From Lama guanicoe (lineage: Eukaryota), in contig MU054001.1 in NCBI GenBank assembly GCA_013239625.1, positions 4,814,167 through 4,878,166 on the forward strand: 64,000 nt of DNA. Reading direction: 5' to 3'. A program made the translations under genes and the position numbers. Under the pieces are notes generated by a model that did not search any database, had not been told where the DNA came from, and saw nothing but the letters and a program-made list of their open reading frames with translations. Below, piece by piece: positions 1-12,545 of this stretch (position 1 is the stretch's first letter; every line of letters begins with the position of its first letter).

Positions 1-1322
1 ACAGAGCCGCCCAGAGCGCATGTTCTGCTTGGTACCTCCATCCCAGGCTGCTGTGATGGGGTGGGGTTGTTTCTGGGCACACCTTTCACCCATGCAGCAT
101 CGCCATGACATTGAGGGGGCCAAGGGTCAGAGAGAGGCTGGCATTGAAATCGTGATCATTCACTTGGTAAACCCACGATCAGGGACATTGTCTCCTGGGG
201 GAAGGTCCACAGGTTTACTTAACTGGCATGGTGCCTTGGTTTCACTCATCTTTGAAGATGTTTGTGAATGAGGGGCCCTACTGTGAAATACTCAAGAAGC
301 CCACAGGTCTTCAGTGTCATTGCCCAGGGACGTCCTGCTGGTCCTGGTGCCAGGAGCCCTTGGTTTACAGACAGGCACAAAGGATGGGGCTTGGTTAGCA
401 GAGCCGGGAGTAGGTTGTGCCATCCACAGGAAAATGGCTCATTGCCAACCTCTTTTTTCCTCAGTAAGGATGTGAAGTCCTAGTCTCTTAAGTAGGGGGA
501 GTTGGGGAAGCTCTTGGTAGAGAGGTAAGTCGGTGATGGTGGGATGTGATCGGGTTGGAGTAATTTCTACAGGCAGAGCCTGATGAGGAAGTTGACTGGG
601 TCTGCCCAGTAAGAATGGGGGGAGTCTCTAGCCATCTCACCCTGCTCCCCTTGCCCCATCACCAAGGAAGTCTTTCTTTTCTTTTTCTTTCCGATGCTCC
701 CATTCCCTGATCCCTCAACTCAGAGGCCCCCTGCCTGTCTCACCTAGGTTTTTCAGGTTACCAGACAGAGCGTGGCCACAAGTGCTAAGCTGGGAAGCAA
801 GGTCAAAGGTCAGGTCATAGACCTCTCTGGGCCTCAGTTTCCTTTTCTGTGAGTCGGAAAGCACCCTAACCCCAGACACACACCTGCCTCTCAGAGTGGC
901 CCTGAGGAGCCGAGGGGCACAAGGCATGATGGAAAGTGTAACAGGCACTTCGAACTCCAGAATTATCCATCCTGGGGGCAGCCTGGGCCAGGAGTGGGTT
1001 CCCAAGGCTCCTGAGGGTCTCAGGACATGGCCCCACCTTGAAGAGTCCCCCCTCCGAGACTCTCTTTCCAAGTGGTCATGACAGCCATCTCCAGGCCTCA
1101 CCAAGTGGGTCCCCCGTCCCTACTCCTGGATGCACCTTGGTGCTCAGATGCCAAGACGATTCAGGGATGGGCAGGAACCTAGTAATTTCTCAGCTGGAGA
1201 GTGTTGTAAAAATAAATGTCTTCTGGAGGTTGAAAGGTTGTCAAATACACACTGAGCCTAATTGGGTCCTCAAAATGCGCAATTCCTGCTGATTTTCATG
1301 AATGTGGATGTGGGATGTGTGA

Positions 1323-1355
1323 GCACACACACACGTGTGTGTGTGTGTGTGTATG
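1323..1355. repeat. (CA)n(GT)n compound microsatellite
   Basis: gcacacacacacgtgtgtgtgtgtgtgtgtatg. Confidence 0.95.
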
Positions 1356-2145
1356 ACTCCATGGGGAAAATCGGGCCCATGGTCACTTTTGGGATGTGTA
1401 CATGTGCTTAGTTCTGATAGGTCCCACTGTTGAGCGAAGGAATGGTGTCCCCTCCACGTTGGGGAGGGTCCCCTGGGCCACATCTGGGCCTGCTCTCATC
1501 CTGGACCACCCAACTGGGAAGGGACTCAGAGCCTTTGTTCGGCCAGCCAGCCCGGAGCAATGACCATGCACCTGTATTGGTGCCATGGGACTTTCTACCC
1601 CTGCAGAGTCAACATCACAGCACTAGTTAATGCTTCTTGTGTGCCCACGTGCCCAGCACAGTTTAAATGCTGTACGTATATCAACTCATTTAAGTTGCCC
1701 CAAGCACTGCACAGAGGTTGTGAGGGTCGAATACAGTGCAGCTGTGGGCTTTGTCCCTGTGAGGTCCGTCCATGAGTCCAAGTTCTGAGCACCTGCCCTG
1801 GAGAGTTGACCGCGGGGCTTGGAATTGATTTCAAGAACAGTCCTTGCTTCCATCTTACTGAAGGCAAACTGACTTCAGAGACCCTCGCACTGCAAAGTGA
1901 CACTGTGTGACTTTGGTCCATTCCCTTTCTCTGTGATCAGATACATATCCCATCCCCTCTCTGGGCTGTCTCCCTATTTGAGGATTGGCCCCTCTACTGC
2001 TTTAGGGCCCCAGATTCCCAGGCCTGCCCCCCCCCCCAATTTAGCATCCAGCACTTGACTTAGTCAATTGTATGGCAAGTCCCGATGTGTCCGGGTAGTA
2101 CTGAAGGGCTGGTGCTGAGGAAGATTTCAGCATGGCGTCTCTTCC

Positions 2146-2191
2146 CTCCTGGCCCTTCCCCAGGACTCCTGGCCCTTCCCCAGGACTCCTG
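2146..2191. repeat. Perfect 20-bp tandem duplication (2.3 copies)
   Basis: ctcctggcccttccccagga twice, then ctcctg. Confidence 0.95.
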
Positions 2192-3809
2192 CTTGTGGGC
2201 CTCCTTTCATCTCATGGGTGGCCCTCTGACACCAGCGTGCCCTTCCTGGTCCACATCTCAGTGAACCCAGTGCTGTGCCTCTGGAAGGACTGGGTGCCCA
2301 CTTAACTACCACATCGCCTTAGAGCTCCCCCAGCCCTGGAACAGAGGTAGCTCCCACTGCCCTTGGGTTGATGAACATCCCGTCCCTTCATCTGGTCCAG
2401 CCTCTGGCCATGCCGCCCCTGACACCCAAGCGCCTGTGTGCCCTTGCCAGGCTGTGGGGTCGGAGGCACTGACCTGGCACTGCCTGCCCAGCCCTGGGCT
2501 TCCTTCGTCCGGTTCCACCCAGCCTGCAGCCCTCTCCACTGTCGCCCGATTGTTTGTTCAGCTAAGACAGCCAACCCGCGGAGGAGGAGCAGGCGCTGGG
2601 CTGCAGCGTCTGGCCCCCGTTCCTCCTGCCAGGCGCTCATTTGTATGCAGAAGGGATTAGGCGGAATTTACCATGGCCTCACCCTGGGGAGCTGCTCGCG
2701 CCCTAGGAATACTCTGGGAAGGCGGTGTGCAGTTGGTAAGATTAGAACAGGCCCTTCTGCTGCCGCGCACGCCCTGGTCACTCTCCAGGCCGCCAACATC
2801 GAAATCATTTTCATTTATAACCTTTTTGATCATCCAGCCTCAAAGAGGGCCTGCCTTGTGTGACAGCGGGCACCAAAATGGCCCAATTATTTGGAAGAGG
2901 AGGGAGCAGCTGAAAACAGTCAGATGTGAGAGACAGGGCACTTGATCTGGGCTCCTGGCTTTTTTTCCCTGCCTTCTCCCACCAGTATTTTTACAGCTGT
3001 TGACATATATTGAGTTACATGGGCCTGGGCTGGATCCCCGTGGTACTGTTTCAAAGATCTGTTCACCATAAAGTGTGCTGTTCTGGAGTAAATGACTGAC
3101 TTCAAGAAAGCACAGGAGTTTAAATGTTACTATAAATACAGGAGCTAAGACATTTTAATTATAATTTTTGAGTTATACAGTGTTCTGTAAGTACACCAGG
3201 CATTTACAAAAGAATTTGTGTGGCGCTCCAAGACTGTGCTCTCTTGTGGATAAAGAAGTAACTGCAGGTGGTTAATTCTGCAGCCTGGTGGCTGGACTCT
3301 TCTTTACTTATGGCCAGGAGGGGAGGAGGGAGACTGGTGTCCTTGGAAGTCTCGGTTTGGGACATTGGAGTCAATTGTAGGCATATTAACTGAGCCCCTC
3401 TCGGTGCAGAGAACTGAGCTGAGAACTGTGGGGGCCTTGGAGTTGATGGGGCAAAATCTCCACTCTCACATTTATAATCCCGCTGGAGGGGATGACTAGC
3501 AAATCAGTTGAGAGACCCACTAGGATAGAAAGATCTGGCTTTGTCTTGGGGAAGGAGAGGGCTTTGGAGAAGAGGTACCACTTCTGCTCTGTCTCAGAGG
3601 ATGAGAAGAGCCACAGGGCATATTTGGGAACGAACAAAACCCAAGATGAGAGGGAAGCCAGCCTGGGACTCTCACGCAGCTCTGATGGGAGCAGTCTGTT
3701 GGGTCACTGCCTTGTTCATACTCTGGTGCTGTGGCCTCAGGTTAAGAGGTGCTGGTGCATGACTACTGTCCGTCTGATATCAACCCGTATAGTATTCATC
3801 AGCCCCCAC

Positions 3810-3990
3810 CGCGTCCATCCATTCAACCATCCATCTACCCACCATCTATCTCCCCATCTGTTTACTTACCCATCCACCTACTCATTCACCCATCCGTCTA
3901 CCATCCACTTGTATGTCTGTCTGTCTGTCTGTCTACTACCCATGTGAACATTTCATCTGTCCATCCACCATCTATCCATTCACAGATCTA
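3810..3990. repeat. Degenerate (CCAT)n/(TCTG)n simple repeat
   Basis: Many ccatcc, catcta and ctgt units. Confidence 0.85.
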
Positions 3991-4004
3991 TTTATAATCC
4001 ATGA

Positions 4005-4245
4005 GGCATTATGGTGTAGGCATTAAAAGCTGGGGTTCTTCGATCAGATCTCTCGAATTCAAATCCTACCTCCATCACTTAATCAGCGTTCTGTCTTTGG
4101 GCAAACTACTCAACCTGTGAGTTAACCCTTTCCACCTGTAAAATGGGGGGAAGTAGCAGATGACAGTCAAAAGCATGTTGCAGAAATTAAATGAGATAAT
4201 ACATGCAACGTGCTTAGCATATAGTCAGGGTTCAGTAAATGTCGC
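4005..4245 (+). mobile_element. MIR SINE, near full length
   Basis: ttcaaatcctacctccatcacttaat...tgggcaaactactcaacct...ctgtaaaatgggg...attaaatgagataatacatg...gtgcttagca resembles the MIR consensus. Confidence 0.8.
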
Positions 4246-5789
4246 TTTTGTTTACTGAGTGACGCCTGTGTACCAGACTGTCCTGCAGCCTAGACTGAAC
4301 TCCTCAGAGCTCCAGGCACAGGCTGGAGAGGTTCCTCCCAGAAACCAGGGGCTTCTGTCTCAAGCAAGGGCTGGGATTCCAGCAGGAGGGACCAAGATAT
4401 GGATGTTAAGGACTATCCCAAAATGGCCGGCATATTTTGCTTTTATTGCTGTTTTGGGGGGAATATTCCTGTTTCATATGCCTGCCCCTGCCATGTTTTT
4501 AATGTAGGCATGGTTGCCTTGTGTCCATGAGATCTCTTACAATTTTATAAAACAATTAATTGTAAATAAACATGCAAAACACCAAAGAAAGTGAAACCCC
4601 TTGGTGGGGTATCTAAGATCCTAGTTACCATCTTGACAAAGCCCTGAATTTGAAGATGCTGTTAGGACGGTGTGGACTCAGCGCTGCTTACACTCTAATC
4701 CATTCAGTCTATGACTGTTCTCTGACATATTTCTTCAGCGTACACATGTTGATCGCCAGCTGAACACCAGGCGCTGTGCCAGGTGGTTTTGTCCATAAGA
4801 TCACAGGTAACTTCACCTAAGGTTTATCTCCGAGGGAAACATCTTGACGGTGGGTTTCTGTGAGAGGTAGAATGGAGGGTGATCTTTATCTGTGCTTGTA
4901 CTTTGCGAATTTTCTATAAGAATCACACCATGCCTTCTGGGCGTCAGAGCAGCCAACTAAAAACAGTCCAGCAAAATCAGAGCCCCTGCCCTCACAGAGC
5001 TTACAGCCAAGCAGAAGAATAGTCGTTGATAACGCCCCAAGTGATGCTGTAGGATTCTGCTAATGTAACGATAATCTCTGAAGCAAGTGGAAAAGCCCAC
5101 TCGATTTTCAGTATCTTCTGAACGGTTGGCCCTCGGCACACCAGCAGTTGCCTTGTTGATTCTTGGCACTTAGAGCACACCTTTCAAATTCTGATGGTTG
5201 GTTTAGACAGGATGAAGCAGGGAATGGGTGTTCAGCCAACTGGTTTGGGACGTAACTGGAATTTGGGGGGCTCTGGCTCAGGCATGGCCATCAAAGGAGG
5301 CTGTGGAGGGTGAAGGAGGCGTGGCTTCTGCCCCCCAGATCTGACAGGAGTGTGGGAGCGGAGCTTACGTTCTGCTGTGCTGGGCTCCCTCACCAGGGGG
5401 TTCTGGGACTGGGGAAAGGGGGAAGCACTTGGGCATGTCTTCAGACTCCTTGTCTGTCCATGTGCTGAGAACGTGGAGTCAGCAACTAGGTGGAGTCAGT
5501 CAGTCAGTCTGACTATACTTCAATGAAAAAAAAAGAAATACATCTAAGAGGATAAAGCTGTAATACCTGATATTTGTTTATATTTTTAACAATGATCGTA
5601 ATATTGAAACGGTGTTGAGACTCAGCAATGTGCCTGATGCCTCTCTAACCCTCGTAACATCCTGGTAAGGTGAGTGTTGTCACGTTCCTCGTCCAGGGCA
5701 GAGCCGGGATTTGAACCTGGCTGCTTCTGCCTTCAGAGCTAATTCCCTTCCTCTTGGGTCTTAATACTTCCTAAAGCACATTTGATTTT

Positions 5790-6036
5790 TTAAAATTAAT
5801 TTTTTTAAATCTTGTAGGAACTAGATAAATTTTAGTGATTTTGTTTGTTTTTAATTTTCTAGTTCCATTTGATTGATTGATTGGATTTTACCCAAGTTTA
5901 CAATGTTGTGTCAGTGTCTGGTGTACAGCATCGTGTTTCAGTCATACATATACGTACATACATTCCTTTTCATATTCTTTTTCATTATAGGTTACTACAA
6001 GATACTGAATAGAGTTCCCTGTTAAAATTAATTTTT
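5790..6036 (-). mobile_element. 5'-truncated L1 3'-end insertion with a 15-bp target-site duplication
   Basis: tttacaatgttgtgtcagtgtctggtgtacagcat...ttataggttactacaagatactgaatagagttccctgt is a laurasiatherian L1 3' UTR end in antisense. TTAAAATTAATTTTT flanks it at 5790-5804 and 6022-6036. Confidence 0.8.
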
Positions 6037-8679
6037 GATCCTCATAAGAATCCCAGGAGGAAGGTGGGGCCACTATTTTATGCCCATTTTACAGCTAGGA
6101 ATAGCCCTGGTCTCCCGTGCGCCACGCCTCCTGTCTGTTCTTGCTTCCTCCGTGAACTCTGGTTTCCAGGACTGAGCGGGTCCAGGAGTGTCGGGGAAGT
6201 GGGTCTCTCCTGCATCCTTGTCCCCTCCGGGAGGGGTCGCAGGGAGCGCCTGGGGGCACCGCTGGTTTCTGTCTGCCTGGTGGCATCTTGGCCTGGCCCC
6301 GCATGAGAGCCTGCCAGGCGCCTTCCTTCGGCTGGGCCGCCGCGTGCGGCTTTTGCTCCCTGCCCTTCCAGAATGACACACTTGCTCTTGTCCCTTTGGT
6401 TTAGCCAGAAACCGAAAGTGTGTCTTCTCAAATGCAGACTGACGTGCTGCTTTTATAAATTCCTGGGCATTACTATTGATTTTTGGCTGAGGATTTCGAA
6501 ATCCTATCTGTAGGACTCGGGAGATTTCCCTGCTGCAGTAATAATGCATTGTCATTCTTAATATCTCCAATCTCTGACACAATATTCATATCAGGCTGCC
6601 GAGGAGTGGCGTCAGCACAGCCTCAGGGACTCGGGGACGGCGCCAGGCACGGCGGGGCTGGCTGCGGGGGCCGCCCGGCACCTCCCTTTCCGCCGCCTGT
6701 CTTCTCACGGGGACCATACCTGGCTCACCCCATTTGAAGGGGCCTGAGGTTGTGTCAGGGGGTTACCGAGGGCAAGAGTGGTTGATTCCTCCCCCTTCAT
6801 TGCTCAGCTTTCTCTGAGGCCGAGAGGGGCGGGACTTGCCCAAGGTCACACAGTGAGTTAGTTGGGGGTGGGGAGGGCTGGAACCCAGTCTCCTTTGTCC
6901 TCCTTTTGCCTGGTAGATCAAGTGTCACCAGGCACTGACAAAAGCAAGTGAACCAGCCTGTGTGTGAGACAGTGGGGGCTACTGTGTCCGGGCAGAGAGC
7001 CCAGGCCCTTCCACTGTGGTCCAGGCAGTTTGTGTCTTGGGGAGCCCAGGTATTCTGAGTTTTCAAGAGAAACCTAAAATCCAGATTTTAGTGTAAAATT
7101 TATTACTATTTTTTTAATATTGGCAACTAAATACCAAAAAAACCCCACATAATGTGACCCCCAAAGGAGATCCACAGCTGTGGGTGGGGATGTGGGTGGA
7201 ACTGGCCGCGCATCGTGTCCCAGCCGGAGCTGGAGGCCACCTCGTCCATCCACCTTCCCAGCACCTTCCTTACAGGTGTCCCAGAAGCAGGATTCCGCCC
7301 TCCTCTTCCCTCCCTGCGCCTTGGCTTCAAGCCCCCCACCCAGCCGAGCTCCCCGTGCTACCGAGGGTCCCCTCGCCCTTCCAGTGGAGACACGGTTGGC
7401 TTTTCCTAGCTGATTCCACTGTCTGGATTCCAAATTCAACGCACTTGTGTGTTTTGAAGTGCGTACAGGCCTGACCCCACCCCTCAGGCCCGGCTGTCCT
7501 TTGTCCTCATGCTGCTAAGAAGACAGAGCTACTGGCTTGGCCTCGAGGACCTTCCGGGCGAGTCACGGAATAGGTTCCCACTGAGGGATTGTTTTTCTAG
7601 TTCTTGGAATTGATGCTGCTTAGACCATAAAACTAAAAAGACCGTGTCCATGATACTTAGAGTGTGTCTTGTGAATATGCTGATGTGCGGGGGATGGATG
7701 GAGCTGGGTTCTGAGAGGCTGGTAGGAACCGATGTCCCGCAGCTGGCCGTGGGGACGGATGCTGCTGGAGTTGAAGGAAGGGGGCGCTTTAGGGACGTTG
7801 GGGTGGGAAAGCTGATGGCAGGACATTTGACCTGGGATTGCTGAAAATCTGTGAAAAGTGGAGCAGCCCAAAATGTTGTTTTCTTAGTTGCGAAACTGTT
7901 TTACCAAAATGAGGGGAGCTTGTGAGCAGAAAGGAGTACGGAACCCTGCCTCTTGCCCATTGTCCCAGCCTGAGGGCTTCCCTTGTGGAACCCACCTGGA
8001 CATGGGACGAGGATTGCCGTTCTGTTTGGGACGTAATGATGTCAAGGAGAGTCCAGGCCTTGGAAAGGTTATCCTGCTCTGCCCATGGCCCTGCAAGCTC
8101 CCGCCTCTCTCCCTGTCTACAGCGGTCCAGCCGGCTCCCCATGCACCCAGCCAGGGAGACTTCCTGTAGGAGGCAGCAGGTGGAGCACTAGCCCAGGGAG
8201 GCGCCAGTATGCCAGGTGGGGTGCCAGCCCTCTCGGTGGATTGTCACCTGACTCTTCCCTGCGGGCTGAGTGGGCAGTGGGTTGCTACCCTGAAAGGTAG
8301 ACTCCTCGGGTCCGCCCCATCCCAGAGTGTGGACTGAGTGAATCAGGAGCCCCTCTCCAGGGCCCTGTCTTCTCCCTGCTTCATTCTTGTCACTTCACTT
8401 TGTACGCACACAGTGCCCTCTTCTGTGCCCAACTACGGGTAGGGACCCAATGGAAGAGAATGGAAGGGAAGGGAAGGGAAAAGTGAAAGGAGGGAAAATG
8501 CCGGAGAACAACCTGCTCAGTGAGCTGAAGCGTATTTTCGTTCATTGTGGGGGGGTTTATGTGTATGTGTCAGTGGGTGATTAGGTCATGGTGTGTATAG
8601 TTCTTGCTGTAGGCTGCAATTTAAAATTTTGAAACACAGGTTAGATGAGCTATAAATATTCTTCTCAGCCTCGTGGTTG

Positions 8680-8850
8680 ATAAGGGTAGTTCACTAGCTA
8701 AGCTGATCTTGGGCAGGTTATGTAATCTCTCCATGACTCCGTTTCCTTATCTGTTAAAGGGGACTAATTCTGTACCCAGCACAACGGTTAGGAGGATTAA
8801 TGAGGGGGTTCTGTAAAGTGCTCGGTCCATGAGCACACGCTCCATGCTCC
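8680..8850 (+). mobile_element. MIR fragment
   Basis: cactagctaagctgatcttgggcagg...gtttccttatctgttaaagggg...aggattaatgag...tgtaaagtgctc. Confidence 0.7.
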
Positions 8851-11800
8851 GTGCCAGCTCTGTGCTGTGGCGGTACTGACACCCTGAGACAGAGAGGAGG
8901 TCTCTGGAGGGGAGGAGGGGAGAGCCATCATAGTCTGCAGTGCCTCATTCTCCAGCAGAGCCCAGGGACAGTCCCAGGGAGCTGCAGTGATGCTCAGTTG
9001 ACGGGGACTCCCCGCCCCTGAGCAGAGCCCGGCACCTGCCTGGGGGAGCCGTCTGCCGTCTGGGTGGAGGCCGGGGCGGGCCCTGGGCAGGGACATCCCT
9101 GCTGCTCTGTGCCACTCCCTGGGCTGCGCTGGGAGCCAGTGGGCTGCGGAAGCCTGGCGGGCATTCACTGCCCAGATCTGTGACCCGCAGCCTCGGCATC
9201 CCCATCTCGTCTGCTAATTCCAGTCCTTGTGCCTGTGGTTTCGTTCGGGTCCATGTGATGTGGGCACACTGTCCTCTATGACGATAACTGCTTTTTTCCT
9301 GCCACCACCACCCTGCCCCACCTATTCTTAACAATGCAAGACAGGTCTGTGCAGAAGTGTTAAAGATCCAAAAAAGAAAAAAGGGAAAGAAAAGAAATGA
9401 AAAAGTTGTAAAAGAAGCTGGTGAGGCTGGCGGTGCGGTAAATAGGGCTCAGAGGGGCAAGTTCAGCCTCCTGCAAGGGCAGGGAAAGGAAAGATGACAT
9501 CAGAGACGTTTGTGGCGAGGGGGCGGGAGTGTGGGGCTGCGCGTGGGCGCCAGAGGATCCTCCAGTCTTGGGGAACTTTGCCTGATTCCGGCTCAGTTTG
9601 CGTGAGGAGCAAGGTCATTGGCCCAAAGTCAGGGGCAGGGTGTGTGCTTCCAGAAGGCAGCTCTTCCCTCTCTGCCTTCTCCCTGCTCCGCCTCCCCGTC
9701 TCTCTCCCCTTCTCTTCCTCCCGAGGTGCAGATGGCCACATTTGCAGGTTAACTGGAACAGCTGGAGATGCATTATTAGCTTCCCGCTGCTCCTTCATAT
9801 TTGCTTGGATTTTTTTTTTTAACGGCAACATAATTTACAACTAGTACATTGGTGTCAGAGCTGGCATGTTCTAAATCCGCATCAGATTTATGTAATGCCG
9901 TTGCTTATCAGTGAATGAAGTCATAATTATTGCTTTGTACCATTAAATAGCATAAATATATAAACTGTTATACAAATTGCCGCAAACGTTTCCTCTGGGG
10001 AGCTCTAGACCAAATTTTAATGTCGTGCATTTGTCTGGGATGGCAGTTTCTATGGTATATAATAATGTTGATAAATTTTACTGTAGCAAGTGACATTTTA
10101 AAGCATTAATTTTGGTGCTAAAAAAAATTCCGAAGGATGCTCAGACCGAACTGGGAGGTGCTCTGAAAACCAGCTGGGGAGGTCGGGAGAGGTGGGGTTT
10201 CTCCTTAAGAGTCCATCCGGGGACGTGTGTCACCTCCCAGGGCTCCTCTCCACGTGAGATCACCCCCCTCCTCTCTCAACTCCCGAAGGAAGGCAGAGGG
10301 TACGTTTTCCATGGCAATGATGATAATTAATTTCAAAAAATTCAAATCGATTCATTTCTCCCTTAAATTTGAAGTGTGCAAGGGAAAGTGGAAAGAGGGT
10401 CCGGAAAACACACAATCGGTGGGGAGGATCCTCGTTGTAACCTCCTTCCCAATTATGTAAATTCTGTGTGGGGTGAAAAAAAATCCCCATCCTAATTAGA
10501 GATGCAACACCTGCCTCCGACGACGTTCAGATGCCAGGCATGCAGTCGCATCGCCTCCGAAAGCCATTATCGTCAAGAGCGACTTTTGAGGAAAGCCCCA
10601 GGACAGCACCTGGCATTTACCTGGGATGCTCTTTGGAGAGCTGGTGGCCGGGAGGAGCACTCACCCTCTGCCTTCAGGAGAGGGCATGGGGACTGGAGAT
10701 CCTCTACCTGGGCCCACCCACCACTCTGGGGCTGACCCAGGGGGCCAGAGAGCCTGGCACATGCGTTGCGCTCCTCCGAACCCTGGGCCTGGGCAAGTTG
10801 GAACGTTCTCTGAGAGCCTTTGTCACCACTGTGAGTTTCCAGGTTGCATTTTCTTTTTTCCCTTCCTGACTCTTGCCTTGAGTTCCTTGGAGTTCTCTGC
10901 TAGGCACCATGGCTCTGCTTGTGTATGTGGCAGTCATTAGTTGTCCTTTGGTAGGCGGTAGGGTTACATGGCCTGGCCCCTTTGTCTTGGGTGAGGCCTA
11001 GTGGCTGATTCTTCCCAGAGAGCTGAGTGGAGGTGGCCGGCATCACTCCTAGGCTGGAGCCTTACCCCGCCAGGGTGAGACCCTCCAGAGTTTCCTCTTT
11101 CCCTGGGGCATGGGACTGTCATTGTCACAGGTGAAGGTGCTCCCTGCCTGGAGGTGCCTGAGTGATTTCCATGAGCAGAGCCCCCTGCAGTGAACATGAA
11201 GAGCAAACAAGAACTGAACCTTTGTTATTTGCAGACCTTGTGATTTGGGGATTGTTTGTTACCACATGTTTCTTATCCTGTCCTAAACTTCATGATTTTC
11301 TTTAGGATGCTGGAAGTGCCAGAAAGTTGGCTGATTTTTTTTTTTCCTGGAAATAACATCAAATAGATACAAATGTGTGCCCACCGTTGGCAGTAAGGAA
11401 ACTGAGGCTCAGAGACCCTTAGTGGATTTCCTAAGGTCACACAGCTTATAGGCATCAGGCATTCATGCCTCCCAGTAATAGACATGCTCCTTCTTCCCTC
11501 TGGCTTTGCTTTTGAAGAATGAATTCTCTAACTGGGATCACAAACTTGATTTCCTTTGTGGATCAGGCAGATAAGGGTGAAGCTATGGAGTATAAAACAA
11601 TAGGGATTGATGGGGACTGCAAGGACTATTCTAAAAGCATTAAAATTCAGCTTTTTGCCCACATCCTGTCAGCTTTGGCATTTAATTCTGTGCCTCCTAA
11701 TGGTATCTCCAGTTTCCAATGTCACATTTCTTCAGCTGCTATTGTGTGTTCACAATGAGTGTCTCTTTCTGGTGTCTTGCCCTCGAGTTTGAATCTTGAA

Positions 11801-12374
11801 CTTTCTAATGAAATTCTCACATGCTCGTTCCGTTATACCCTCTGACTACCTGATAAAGTCTTCTACAGTTAGGGTGGGGCCTGACCCTTAGCATCCTGGT
11901 ACTCTGGACCTCGAGCAACCTTGTGAGTCCTCCCTCCTCCTTTCACAAACAACTCTGAGCTCAGAGAGGGAAAGCAACTTATCCAAGGACATGCTTCTGG
12001 TGGTTTCTTTATTAAAGAGTTACTGTTTACAAGTCAATGTTGGGGGGTTGGTTTGAAACAGAATGGAGAATAGCCAGTAGGGAAGGAAGCATGATTCGCC
12101 TTAAAAAAGTTAACTTTTTTTTTCTTATAAGACATTTTCTGTGCACTTACTATGTGCTGAGCAGAGTGCTTCATCATTAAAAATAATCTTAATGAGAAGA
12201 CATCCTGCATTGGTGGGTTTAATAATTTAAAACTTCTTGCAGATAGTTTAGTTCTTATTCATGCTTGTATTCCCAACACCCCGCCCTATGCTTTGACCAT
12301 AGCAGAAATTAAGTATTGAATTAAATTGCCTTTATCCCTCCACTACCAATGGCAATACTTCATAATGGTCAGGA

Positions 12375-12545
12375 TGTTAGTGCAGCCTGGGGGTTAAGAG
12401 CACAGCTCTGGGGCTGGAATGCCTGGGCTCCGTCACTTACTGTTACCTCCTCGTAGAGATTTTATGTACTTATCCCAGATGGAAAGTGTTCAGCGTCATG
12501 CCTGGCACATAGTCAGCACTTAGTAAATGTTAATAATTATTAGCC
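12375..12545 (+). mobile_element. MIR, internally deleted
   Basis: ggttaagagcacagctctggggctggaatgcctgggctcc...tgcctggcacatagtcagcacttagtaaatgttaataattatt. Confidence 0.75.

Noticed and set aside
3749..3997. His/Pro/Ser-rich ORFs (also 47338-47712)
   Set aside because: Translations of (CCAT)n simple repeats.
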